The notes below the pieces were generated by a model, which was given only the letters and a program-made list of their open reading frames with translations, was not told the DNA's origin and did no database searches. A stretch of 42,930 nt of DNA from sequence record SRR20825006_904; one strand, 5' to 3'. Shown here one piece after another: positions 8,589-17,554 of the stretch; within the stretch, counting starts at the first letter, position 1, and each line of letters starts with the position of its first letter. A program made the translations under genes and the position numbers.

Positions 8589-11057
8589 ATGCGCATTGCC
8601 CTAAAACTGCTTTTTGCCATCATTCTGATTATTGTGGCCGGCCTGGTCGCACTGCCATTTATTGTTGATCCCAACGATTACAAAGACGAAATTTCAACCC
8701 AGGTTGAGAAAGTCACCGGGCGTAATCTGACACTGCAGGGAGATATCGAGTTATCAGTCTTCCCCTGGATAGCACTGGAACTCGGGCCGCTCTCACTCAG
8801 TAATGCCGAAGGCTTTAAGGCTGACTCTTTCGCTAAAGTCGAACAGGCGGAAATCCGCATCAAGCTGATGCCGTTACTGAAAAAACAACTGGAAATGGAC
8901 ACCGTGGTCCTGGACGGCCTGGTGCTTAATCTTGAAACCAATAAAGAAGGTCAGACCAACTGGGCAGACCTGACTCAGGCAGATGAAGTCGTCGAGCAGG
9001 AAGCCAAACCCAGTGAAGATAAAGCAGGACCGGCACTGGCCGCCATCAGTATTGCCGGTGTCAAACTGAGCAATGCCAATATCCTCTGGTCCGATGCGTC
9101 TCAAGGCGTTAACTACCAATTGCGTAACCTCAACCTGACAACCGATCCGCTGGTGCCGGGCGAACCCACCTCGCTTGATATGGCCTTTGATCTCATCAGC
9201 GCCAAACCGGAAGTGAAAGCCCATGTCACCCTGAACTCTGACGTTATGGTAGACATGGAAAAACAGCAATATGCGCTGACCGGTCTGAACTTCACTACCA
9301 TCGCACAGGGCAAGGCATTACCATTCTCACAAGCCGATCTTGCACTGGAAGGTGATATCAACGCCGATATGGCCAAGCAACTGGTCACGATCAGCGATAT
9401 GGTACTAACTGCCAAAGCCAACAATGAGCAACAATCTATTGATGCCAAGCTGACCGGCCAGATCAATAGCAATCTCGCCAGTCAGCAAACCACGATTGAC
9501 GGACTCAACCTGACTGCAGATATCACTGATCCAGCCTTGCCGGGCGAAAAGGCCCAGTTGGAACTGAGCAGCAATGTCACAGCCAATCTGGAACAGCAGA
9601 CTGTGACCCTGTCAGCGTTGCGTCTGAAGCTGGAAGAGTTACTGATGGAAGCAGACATCAAGGCGAATAATATTCTGGGTGACAACCCGGGCTTTGCCGG
9701 CAATGTTCATATCCAGCCATTCAACCTTCGCCAACTCGCCAATGACATGAACATTGAGCTGCCGGAAATGGCAGACAGCAGCACACTGGAAAATGTCGAG
9801 TTCAGAGCGGAACTGGAAGGTTCAACTTCACGGGTCAATGCCAAACAGCTGGACCTCACACTGGACCAAAGCAAACTCACGGGTCAGTTTGCGGCCAGCA
9901 ATTTCAGTAATCCCGGCTTCAATTTCAAGCTGAAACTGGATCAAATTGATCTGGACCGTTATCTGCCCCCCGTCGAGGAAGGCGATGCCAAGCCGGCAGC
10001 TTCTCCGGCAACAGCTGCGGCGGGTGGACCCAGCCAGTTGCCGCTGGATACACTGCGCCAAATCAATGCTAAAGGCAGCATTGATATCGGCAAAATGACA
10101 GCAAGCGGCCTGACCAGCGAAAACATTCATATCACGATTAACGCAGAAAACGGCCTGGTAAAGCTGACACCGATGCGCGCTGACCTTTATCAAGGTCAAT
10201 ACAACGGTAACGTCAGCCTCGATGCGCGTGGTGACAAGCTTAAACTGGCTATCGATGAGAGTGTCAAAGGCGTTCAGGCTGAGCCCCTGCTCAAAGACAT
10301 GACCGGCGAAGCTAAAATTACCGGGACTGCCAATGCCAGTGCCAAACTTAATGGCAGCGGTGCCACAGTCGAAGAAATCAAACAGACTCTGAGCGGCAAT
10401 GGCGGATTTTCCTTCACCGATGGGGCCTTGAAAGGTATCAATATCGCCGAAGCGATTCGTAAGGCAAAAGCCGCTCTGTCCGGCCAGAAGCCAGCCGAAT
10501 CTGATGCACCGGTGCAGACTGACTTCTCCACTTTGAGCGGTACTTTTACCGCCAATAACGGCATCATTGATAATCAGGATCTGGCACTTAAATCCCCCCT
10601 GCTGCGTATCAATGGTGCCGGTCAGGCCAGCCTGCCCAAGGAAACCATCGACTACAACCTGAAGGTCGCGGTCGTAGGTACTATCTCCGGTCAGGGTGGT
10701 AAGGAACTGACTGAATTGAAAGGTCTGACTATCCCGGTCAAAATCACCGGCACTTTCAGTAATCCCAAACCGAGTGTTGATTTGGCCGGTATGGTCAAAG
10801 ATAAAGCCAAGGAAGAACTCAAGGGCAAAGCGGAAGAAAAACTGAAAGAAAAACTGGGTGATGATCTCGGCGGTCTGCTCGGCGGTGCCTTAGGCACAAA
10901 ATCTGACGCAGACAAATCAGCCAGTGATGCTGAAACCGAGCAGACTGACAGTAGCGAGGAACAAACCGGCACTGAAGAAGCACCGGCTGAAGAAGAAAAA
11001 GCACCTGAAAAACAACTGGAAGATGCGGTTAAGGACAAACTGAAAAACTTCTTCTAG
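8589..11057 (+). CDS. asmA: AsmA family envelope protein
   Basis: N-terminal TM, DPNDYKDEI...TGRNLTLQGDIELSVFPW, IDLDRYLP, LYQG and DGALKGINI; located upstream of mutY. Start placed at ATG 8589. Confidence 0.9.
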   Translation: MRIALKLLFAIILIIVAGLVALPFIVDPNDYKDEISTQVEKVTGRNLTLQGDIELSVFPWIALELGPLSLSNAEGFKADSFAKVEQAEIRIKLMPLLKKQLEMDTVVLDGLVLNLETNKEGQTNWADLTQADEVVEQEAKPSEDKAGPALAAISIAGVKLSNANILWSDASQGVNYQLRNLNLTTDPLVPGEPTSLDMAFDLISAKPEVKAHVTLNSDVMVDMEKQQYALTGLNFTTIAQGKALPFSQADLALEGDINADMAKQLVTISDMVLTAKANNEQQSIDAKLTGQINSNLASQQTTIDGLNLTADITDPALPGEKAQLELSSNVTANLEQQTVTLSALRLKLEELLMEADIKANNILGDNPGFAGNVHIQPFNLRQLANDMNIELPEMADSSTLENVEFRAELEGSTSRVNAKQLDLTLDQSKLTGQFAASNFSNPGFNFKLKLDQIDLDRYLPPVEEGDAKPAASPATAAAGGPSQLPLDTLRQINAKGSIDIGKMTASGLTSENIHITINAENGLVKLTPMRADLYQGQYNGNVSLDARGDKLKLAIDESVKGVQAEPLLKDMTGEAKITGTANASAKLNGSGATVEEIKQTLSGNGGFSFTDGALKGINIAEAIRKAKAALSGQKPAESDAPVQTDFSTLSGTFTANNGIIDNQDLALKSPLLRINGAGQASLPKETIDYNLKVAVVGTISGQGGKELTELKGLTIPVKITGTFSNPKPSVDLAGMVKDKAKEELKGKAEEKLKEKLGDDLGGLLGGALGTKSDADKSASDAETEQTDSSEEQTGTEEAPAEEEKAPEKQLEDAVKDKLKNFF

Positions 11058-11074
11058 TCACAAACTAATTATCC

Positions 11075-11108
11075 AGCCCACGGCTGAGGAGCAGTCGTGG
11101 GCTTTTTT
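11075..11108 (+). terminator. Rho-independent terminator after asmA
   Basis: AGCCCACGGCTG-AGGAG-CAGTCGTGGGCT followed by a T-run. Confidence 0.75.
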
Positions 11109-11118
11109 CTGTCTGACT

Positions 11119-12162
11119 ATGGCCACCACATTCGATTTTGCACAAGCTTTGCTGGACTGGTATGACCTTCACGGTCGCAAAGACCTGCCCTGGCAGCAAT
11201 CACCGACGCCCTACCATGTCTGGCTGTCAGAAATTATGCTGCAGCAGACCCAGGTCAGTACTGTGATCGATTATTACCAACGCTTTATCCGGCATTTCCC
11301 GGATATTGAAACGCTGGCAGCCGCCGAACAGGATGAAGTATTGGCCCAGTGGTCGGGCCTTGGTTATTACGCCCGGGCGCGAAACCTGCACAAAACCGCA
11401 CGCATCGTCGTTGACGAGTTTAATGGCAATATGCCCGCCAGCCTGCAAGACCTCATGGCTTTACCCGGAATCGGCCGCTCTACCGCCGGGGCTATTCTGA
11501 CCCTGGCCTACCATCAGCGTTTTCCGATTCTGGATGGCAATGTCAAACGGGTGCTGGCGCGCTTTTTTGCTGTCGATGGCTGGCCTGGCATTAAACAGGT
11601 GGAAAACCGGCTCTGGCAATATGCCGAACAATTACTTCCGGAGCACCGCATTGCCAACTATATCCAGGCGCAAATGGATTTGGGGGCAACGCTGTGCACT
11701 CGCAACAAACCGGACTGTCCGCACTGTCCGATGCAGACGCATTGTCAGGCCTATTCGCTGGAGCAGCCTGAAGCCTACCCCGGCAAGAAACCTAAAAAGA
11801 CTCTTCCTACCCGGCAGACACAATGGCTGGTGATGCAGAATCATCTTGGCGAAGTGCTGCTGGAGCAACGCCCTCAGCAGGGAATCTGGGGCGGTTTGTG
11901 GAGCTTCCCGGAAGTAAAGGAAGAACAGGATGCTGACGAATACTGCCAGCAACGCTGGCAGTTACAAATCCATTCGCGCACGGCATTATCGCCGTTACAG
12001 CATGTCTTTACTCATTTCAGACTTGAGATTCATCCTACCCTGCTGCATTGCAGTGTTAATGGCGTTGCCGACAAAGATGATGGCAACTGGTATAGAATAG
12101 AAGACACTTTTAAACTGGGCCTGCCGGCACCGGTGAAATCATTTTTAAAATCATTGACTTAA
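11119..12162 (+). CDS. mutY: A/G-specific adenine glycosylase
   Basis: Motifs GRKDLPWQ, VWLSEIMLQQTQV, GLGYYARARNL, the HhH motif LPGIGRSTAGA, DGNVKRV and the 4Fe-4S motif C-x6-C-x2-C-x5-C. Confidence 0.99.
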   Translation: MATTFDFAQALLDWYDLHGRKDLPWQQSPTPYHVWLSEIMLQQTQVSTVIDYYQRFIRHFPDIETLAAAEQDEVLAQWSGLGYYARARNLHKTARIVVDEFNGNMPASLQDLMALPGIGRSTAGAILTLAYHQRFPILDGNVKRVLARFFAVDGWPGIKQVENRLWQYAEQLLPEHRIANYIQAQMDLGATLCTRNKPDCPHCPMQTHCQAYSLEQPEAYPGKKPKKTLPTRQTQWLVMQNHLGEVLLEQRPQQGIWGGLWSFPEVKEEQDADEYCQQRWQLQIHSRTALSPLQHVFTHFRLEIHPTLLHCSVNGVADKDDGNWYRIEDTFKLGLPAPVKSFLKSLT

Positions 12163-12178
12163 TTAACAGAGGGCACTT

Positions 12179-12445
12179 ATGGCACGCACGGTTCATTGCG
12201 TCAAACTCAATAAAGAAGCAGAAGGTCTCGACTTTCCCCCCTATCCGGGAGAAATGGGTAAGCAGATCTATGAGTCGGTCTCCAAGGAAGCCTGGCAAAT
12301 GTGGCTGAGTCAGCAAACCATGCTGATCAACGAATACCGCCTGTCGCTGGCTGACCCCAAATCCCAGGCTTTTCTCAAAGCCGAAATGGAAAAATTCTTC
12401 TTTGGTGAAGGCTCTACACCACCGGCTGATTTCGTCCCTGAATAA
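12179..12445 (+). CDS. yggX: Fe(II)-trafficking / oxidative damage protection protein
   Basis: [25 protein letters not shown] and [18 protein letters not shown]; follows mutY. Confidence 0.98.
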   Translation: MARTVHCVKLNKEAEGLDFPPYPGEMGKQIYESVSKEAWQMWLSQQTMLINEYRLSLADPKSQAFLKAEMEKFFFGEGSTPPADFVPE

Positions 12446-12488
12446 TCATTATTGACGATCAACCTCCGCATAAATACGAAATTTCGAT

Positions 12489-12530
12489 AATCAGAAGCCA
12501 TTTATTTGGGCACAATGGCTTCTGATTTCT
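12489..12530 (+). terminator. Stem-loop / probable terminator after yggX
   Basis: Perfect 14-bp inverted repeat AATCAGAAGCCATT-11 nt-AATGGCTTCTGATT with a weak T-tail. Confidence 0.55.
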
Positions 12531-12765
12531 CCGTTCACCTGACATTCATTAAGTAATTGAAATGATTAAGGTTACATCCGGAAAAGCCATTAAAACACCC
12601 TTGAAAAACACTAACAGTTAACAAAAATATTTGCATTTATTGACGCAAAATGCTGACTTCTTTGCATTTTTTAGGCGTACAATGCAATAAGCTTCATTTG
12701 AAGTGTTTGAGTTTGTTCGTTGGCGCTGGAAAGCGCTGGCATAGTTTTAAAGATTGAGGTTGATT

Positions 12766-12975
12766 ATGGCAGATCAAGTAACAGGAAAGGTTAAGTGGTT
12801 CAATGATGCTAAAGGATTCGGTTTTATTGAACAGGTAGATGGCCCGGATGTCTTCGTACATCACACTGCGATTCAGTCAGAGGGCTTTAGAACGTTGAAA
12901 GAAGGACAAAACGTCACGATGCAAGTGACTCAGGGACAGAAAGGACCACAAGCGGAAAACGTTGTTCCAGCTTAA
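12766..12975 (+). CDS. Cold-shock domain protein (CspA family)
   Basis: [15 protein letters not shown] (RNP1), DVFVH (RNP2) and [17 protein letters not shown] precedes ATG 12766. Confidence 0.97.
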   Translation: MADQVTGKVKWFNDAKGFGFIEQVDGPDVFVHHTAIQSEGFRTLKEGQNVTMQVTQGQKGPQAENVVPA

Positions 12976-12997
12976 TGGCTTGTATATAGAATTCGAA

Positions 12998-13029
12998 GGC
13001 CGGTCAGTTTAATCTGACCGGCTTTTTTT
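12998..13029 (+). terminator. Rho-independent terminator after csp
   Basis: GGCCGGTCAG-TTTAAT-CTGACCGGCT followed by a T-run. Confidence 0.9.
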
Positions 13030-13054
13030 ATGCCTGCCACACCAACAAATATTG

Positions 13055-13837
13055 ATGAAAGTCTTCTCATTCCGCCACTTTCGCATTGTTATCCTGCTCG
13101 GCATACTGGCTTTTGCACTGATTTATACGCAGGAGCAGAAACGCAGTACTACTTCATGGTATCAGCCGGTCAAGGTCATTATTTTTCCCATCAATGGTGA
13201 TCGTCACCCGGCCACTGCCAGCTATATTCACTCTCTGAAAACAAATGATTTCCAGGCGATAGACCAGTTTTTCAGTCGTAGTGGCCGCGAATTTAATCTC
13301 GCTATTGAGCAACCTGTCATCACGCAGCTGGGTCAGCAAATCGAATCCCTGCCACCCGCGCCACCAACAGATAACGGCATGATGAGTGCCATCCTGTGGA
13401 GTCTGAAACTCCGCTATTGGGCATACCAAAACACACCGGATGATATCTCAAACCAGAACCGAATCCGTCTCTATGTCATCTATCATAAGCCCAGCAGCCA
13501 ACGCCGTCTGGCCCATTCTATGGGTTTACAAAAGGGACTCATCGGCGTGATTCATGCTTTTGCTGTGCCTGAACAGAATCCACAAAATGCCGTGGTAATG
13601 ACACATGAGATTATGCATACCCTCGGTGCCAGTGATAAGTACGGGGCAGATAACCAGCCGCATTTTCCCGAAGGTTATGCGGAACCGGATAAAAATCCCC
13701 TGTATCCGCAGCGCTATGCCGAAATTATGGCAGGCCGTATTGCGGTTAATGATAGTGAGGCCAGAATGCCCTCCAGTTTGCGTGGCGTCAGAGTCGGTGA
13801 AATCACTGCCCGGGAAATCAACTGGATTCAGCCGTAA
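13055..13837 (+). CDS. Membrane-anchored hypothetical protein with a zincin-like motif
   Basis: N-terminal TM, THEIMHTLGASDKY (HExxHxxGxxD) and a downstream EIMAG resembling a Met-turn. Confidence 0.7.
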   Translation: MKVFSFRHFRIVILLGILAFALIYTQEQKRSTTSWYQPVKVIIFPINGDRHPATASYIHSLKTNDFQAIDQFFSRSGREFNLAIEQPVITQLGQQIESLPPAPPTDNGMMSAILWSLKLRYWAYQNTPDDISNQNRIRLYVIYHKPSSQRRLAHSMGLQKGLIGVIHAFAVPEQNPQNAVVMTHEIMHTLGASDKYGADNQPHFPEGYAEPDKNPLYPQRYAEIMAGRIAVNDSEARMPSSLRGVRVGEITAREINWIQP

Positions 13838-14016
13838 ACCGGCTGACTTTTGGGCTATTGCTTCATACCAGACAAAAGATTCAAAACCGACTTTAACCTG
13901 TCATCGGTATTATTCATCACCACCGTCAGCATTTAACTTGACTGCAACACTGCATCAGCGACAATGAACTCATATGTTGCCAGCAATGCTGCTGCAATAA
14001 GCAAAAGGAAACTGTT

Positions 14017-14769
14017 ATGAAAGCCAGAGCATTCGTGATCATATTGCTTTTCAGTCCCTTTCTCTTGATCAATACTGCAAGCGCCGACTGGAACACCATG
14101 CTGGATGATCTGAAAGAGGCGGGTAAAACCCTGTTACCGGGGGATCAGCAAAGCAATAGTCAACTGGATACCAGCACCATGGTGTCGGGCCTCAAGGAAG
14201 CGCTCAGCGTCGGCAGCAAACGCGCTATCGAGACCGTCAGCCAGACTGACGGTTACCTTGGCAACCCCGACATTCGCATTCCACTCCCCCCCCAGGTTGA
14301 AAAGGTCGGCAACCTACTACGTCAGGTAGGCATGAGCGATCTGGCCGATGAGTTTCAAACCAGCATGAACCGTGCAGCTGAAGAAGCGGCACCGGAGGCA
14401 ACGTCAATCATGGTGGAAGCCATCAAGAACATGACGATTGAAGATGCCAAAAACATACTTAATGGCCCGGACAACGCCGCCACCCAATATTTCAAAGAGC
14501 AAACCAGCAACAGGTTAACCCAACTATTCCGCCCCAGTGTTGAACAGTCGCTGGACCAGGTAGGTTCAACCCGCTATTACAATCAAATCAGTGACAGGGT
14601 TGCCAGTGTGCCGGTTGTCGGTGAGGAACTGAATCTGGATCTACCCGATTACGTCACACAGAAGGCGCTCGATGGTTTATTTACGATGCTGGCAGTGGAG
14701 GAGAAAAAAATCCGCGAGAACCCGGCTGCACGCACCACCGAGTTGCTGAAAACCGTATTCGGCAAGTAG
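14017..14769 (+). CDS. DUF4197 domain exported protein
   Basis: Signal peptide; GLKEALSVG, DGYLGNPDIRIPLP, SMNRAAEEAA, DGLF and EEKKIRENPAARTT. Confidence 0.88.
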   Translation: MKARAFVIILLFSPFLLINTASADWNTMLDDLKEAGKTLLPGDQQSNSQLDTSTMVSGLKEALSVGSKRAIETVSQTDGYLGNPDIRIPLPPQVEKVGNLLRQVGMSDLADEFQTSMNRAAEEAAPEATSIMVEAIKNMTIEDAKNILNGPDNAATQYFKEQTSNRLTQLFRPSVEQSLDQVGSTRYYNQISDRVASVPVVGEELNLDLPDYVTQKALDGLFTMLAVEEKKIRENPAARTTELLKTVFGK

Positions 14770-14844
14770 CGATTCGGGTGTTTGCTACTTTTCCGAGCCT
14801 GAATGTAATAACATAATGCCCGCACAAACTGTAAAGGAAAAACC

Positions 14845-15606
14845 ATGGCTTTATCGCACAACCTTAACCTGGCCAGTCAGGGTACCTCCCTTAAGGCATT
14901 GTTCAGCGGCTATTTAATCGTGGTTGCCGTCGGTTATCTGATGGCAGTCGTCCAGATTCAGCTGACCCACGGCCTAGCCGACGGTGAGTATGGTCTTTCA
15001 ATCGATGATATTGTCTACAGCTATTACGGCAACCGCACTAACTCATTACTGGAAAACAAGCTGCATGGTTCGATGAAGCCAATGGCGACGGACGAAGAGC
15101 GTGATGCAATTATCAACTGGATTCATCAAGGCGCGACCGAGGAAGCCTACGAGGAACAAGGCATTCAGGATATTTTTGAAGCGAAATGTATTGCCTGCCA
15201 TAACGCTGAAGCTGGCGGTATTCCGGATTACACTGATTTCCAGAACATCAGAGACCGGGCTTTGGTTGATACCGGGGTCAGCATCTCAGCACTCGCACGC
15301 GTGTCGCACATTCACTTGTTCGGTATCGCCTTTATCTTCATGTTCGTCGGTCTGATTTTCAGTCTGGCTTCAGGTGTACCCAAACCCCTCAAAGTACTGG
15401 CGATTATCACGCCTTATGCTTTCCTGCTTATTGATATTTCATCCTGGTGGTTGACCAAGCTTAATCCAAACTTCGCCTGGCTGGTAATTATCGCCGGCGG
15501 AGCCATGGCACTGTCATTTGCTTTTATGTGGCTGGTTTCAATGTATGAGATGTGGATTTTACCCCATAGACATCCAGATGACCGCGATGCACTGCTGGAT
15601 CAATAA
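14845..15606 (+). CDS. Membrane protein with a periplasmic monoheme cytochrome c domain
   Basis: One TM, then a soluble domain with CIACH, then SHIHLFG and three more TM segments. Confidence 0.7.
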   Translation: MALSHNLNLASQGTSLKALFSGYLIVVAVGYLMAVVQIQLTHGLADGEYGLSIDDIVYSYYGNRTNSLLENKLHGSMKPMATDEERDAIINWIHQGATEEAYEEQGIQDIFEAKCIACHNAEAGGIPDYTDFQNIRDRALVDTGVSISALARVSHIHLFGIAFIFMFVGLIFSLASGVPKPLKVLAIITPYAFLLIDISSWWLTKLNPNFAWLVIIAGGAMALSFAFMWLVSMYEMWILPHRHPDDRDALLDQ

Positions 15607-15626
15607 CGGCAGCTCGTCATCAACTG

Positions 15627-15655
15627 AAAAGCCCCGCTGAAGCGGGGCTTTTTTT
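15627..15655. terminator. Bidirectional Rho-independent terminator
   Basis: AAAA-GCCCCGCT-GA-AGCGGGGC-TTTTTTT between convergent genes. Confidence 0.9.
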
Positions 15656-17552
15656 ATTCGGAACGCTGTTTGGCTTCCAGTGTTTCCCAACGTTCAAAAG
15701 CAATTTCCAGTTCAGCTTCCAGCTCTGCTACCTGCTGCTGGACCTGTGTGATTTTGTCCGCATCCTGTTGGTAAAAAGCCGGATCCGACATCTGATCATT
15801 GAAGGCCTGTTGCCGGGCTTCGAGTTCTTCAATCCTGGCCGGTAAGGCCTTTAAATCCAGTTGTTCCTGATATGTCAGGCTGGATTTCTTCTTTTGTACC
15901 GGCTTGTTGTCATTTGCCTGGGTTTTGGCCGGTTTGGTCTCAGTGGTTTTCTGAGACTGTCGCCACTGACGCAACCAGTCTTCGTAACCACCGACATACT
16001 CACGCAGGCCGCCATCAGGATCGAACACAATACTGCTGGTCACGACATTATTGAGGAAAGCACGATCGTGGCTGACCAACAGCAGCGTACCGTTGTAATT
16101 GAGCAGTAAATCTTCCAGCAGTTCCAGCGTTTCGGCGTCCAGATCATTGGTCGGTTCATCCATCACCAGCAAGTTGGCCGGCTGCGTAAACAGTTTAGCC
16201 AGCAGCAGGCGATTTCGCTCGCCACCTGACAATGCCTTGACCGGTGTTCTTGCCCGCTCCGGGGTGAACAGAAAGTCCTGCAGATAGCCGATAATGTGCT
16301 TACGACTGCCGTTGACATCCACATGGTCACTACCCTGCCCCACGTTCTGCACCACGCTTTCCTCTTCATTCAACTGGCTGCGCAGTTGATCAAAAAAAGC
16401 GATTTCCAGATTGGTACCGAGTTTGACCTCACCCTTTTCAGGTTCCTGACGCTTCAGCAAAATCGACAAAAGGGTACTTTTACCGCAGCCATTGGGACCG
16501 ATAATACCGATACGATCACCACGCTGGATGACCGTGCTGAAGTTTTCAAACAGTATTTTGCCGTCATAACGCTGGCCGATATTTTCTGCCTCGATAACCA
16601 ACTTGCCGCTGCGGTCTGCTTCCTGCAGCTGCATGCTGGCATTGCCCTGACGTTCACGCCGCTGGCTGCGCTCCCTACGCATTTTTTCCAGCGCCCTGAC
16701 CCGGCCTTCATTACGGGTGCGGCGGGCCTTGATGCCCTGACGAATCCAGACTTCCTCCTGCGCCAGCTTTTTATCGAACTGGGCATTTTGCTCGGCTTCT
16801 GCGGCCAGCATTTCTTCACGTTTTTTCAGGTAATTCTGATAGTCGCCGGGAAAGCTCGCCAGTTGACCGCGATCCAGTTGCACAATCCGGGTAGCCAGTG
16901 CCTGCAAAAAGGTGCGGTCATGAGTAATAAACAATAATGTACCGCCATAGCTTTTGAGAAAGCCTTCCAGCCAGGTGATTGACTCGATATCAAGATGGTT
17001 GGTCGGTTCATCCAGCAGCAGAATATCCGGCTGTTTCACCAGCGCCTGTGCCAGCAATACTCGACGTTTTTTACCGCCGGAAAGACTGTCAAAATCAGCA
17101 TCTGCATTCAGCGACAAACGTGAAATGACTGTTTCCACCCGCTGCTCCAAGGACCAGCCGTCGGCAGCTTCCAGCTTGTGCTGGGCCTTTTCCAGTTTAT
17201 TCAGCAGGGCCTGGCTGCTGTCGGTTTCCAGCTGGTGTAACAACTGGTGATATTCCACCAGTAGCGGGCTTATCTCACCGAGCCCGGCAGCCACCACGTC
17301 AAACACGCTGCCGTGTGTACCAATGGGCACTTCCTGTTCCAGGCGGGCGATTTTTATCGACTGACCGCCAACAATTTCACCACTGTCGGCTTTGATTTCA
17401 CCGGCAATCAGTTTCATCAAGGTCGATTTGCCGGCACCATTACGACCGACCAGACAAACCCGCTCACCGCGATCGAGCTGAAAATCCACTTTATCCAGCA
17501 GATTGGGACCGCCATAACTGACGGTCACTTGTTTTAATGACAGTAATGCCAC
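15654..17552 (-). CDS. uup: ABC-F ATPase Uup
   Basis: Two ABC domains (GRNGAGKS and GPNGCGKS), the linker EEVWIRQGIKARRTRNEGRVRAL diagnostic of Uup, and a C-terminal coiled coil; GTG start. Confidence 0.95.
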   Translation of the reverse strand: MALLSLKQVTVSYGGPNLLDKVDFQLDRGERVCLVGRNGAGKSTLMKLIAGEIKADSGEIVGGQSIKIARLEQEVPIGTHGSVFDVVAAGLGEISPLLVEYHQLLHQLETDSSQALLNKLEKAQHKLEAADGWSLEQRVETVISRLSLNADADFDSLSGGKKRRVLLAQALVKQPDILLLDEPTNHLDIESITWLEGFLKSYGGTLLFITHDRTFLQALATRIVQLDRGQLASFPGDYQNYLKKREEMLAAEAEQNAQFDKKLAQEEVWIRQGIKARRTRNEGRVRALEKMRRERSQRRERQGNASMQLQEADRSGKLVIEAENIGQRYDGKILFENFSTVIQRGDRIGIIGPNGCGKSTLLSILLKRQEPEKGEVKLGTNLEIAFFDQLRSQLNEEESVVQNVGQGSDHVDVNGSRKHIIGYLQDFLFTPERARTPVKALSGGERNRLLLAKLFTQPANLLVMDEPTNDLDAETLELLEDLLLNYNGTLLLVSHDRAFLNNVVTSSIVFDPDGGLREYVGGYEDWLRQWRQSQKTTETKPAKTQANDNKPVQKKKSSLTYQEQLDLKALPARIEELEARQQAFNDQMSDPAFYQQDADKITQVQQQVAELEAELEIAFERWETLEAKQRSE

Positions 17553-17554
17553 AA

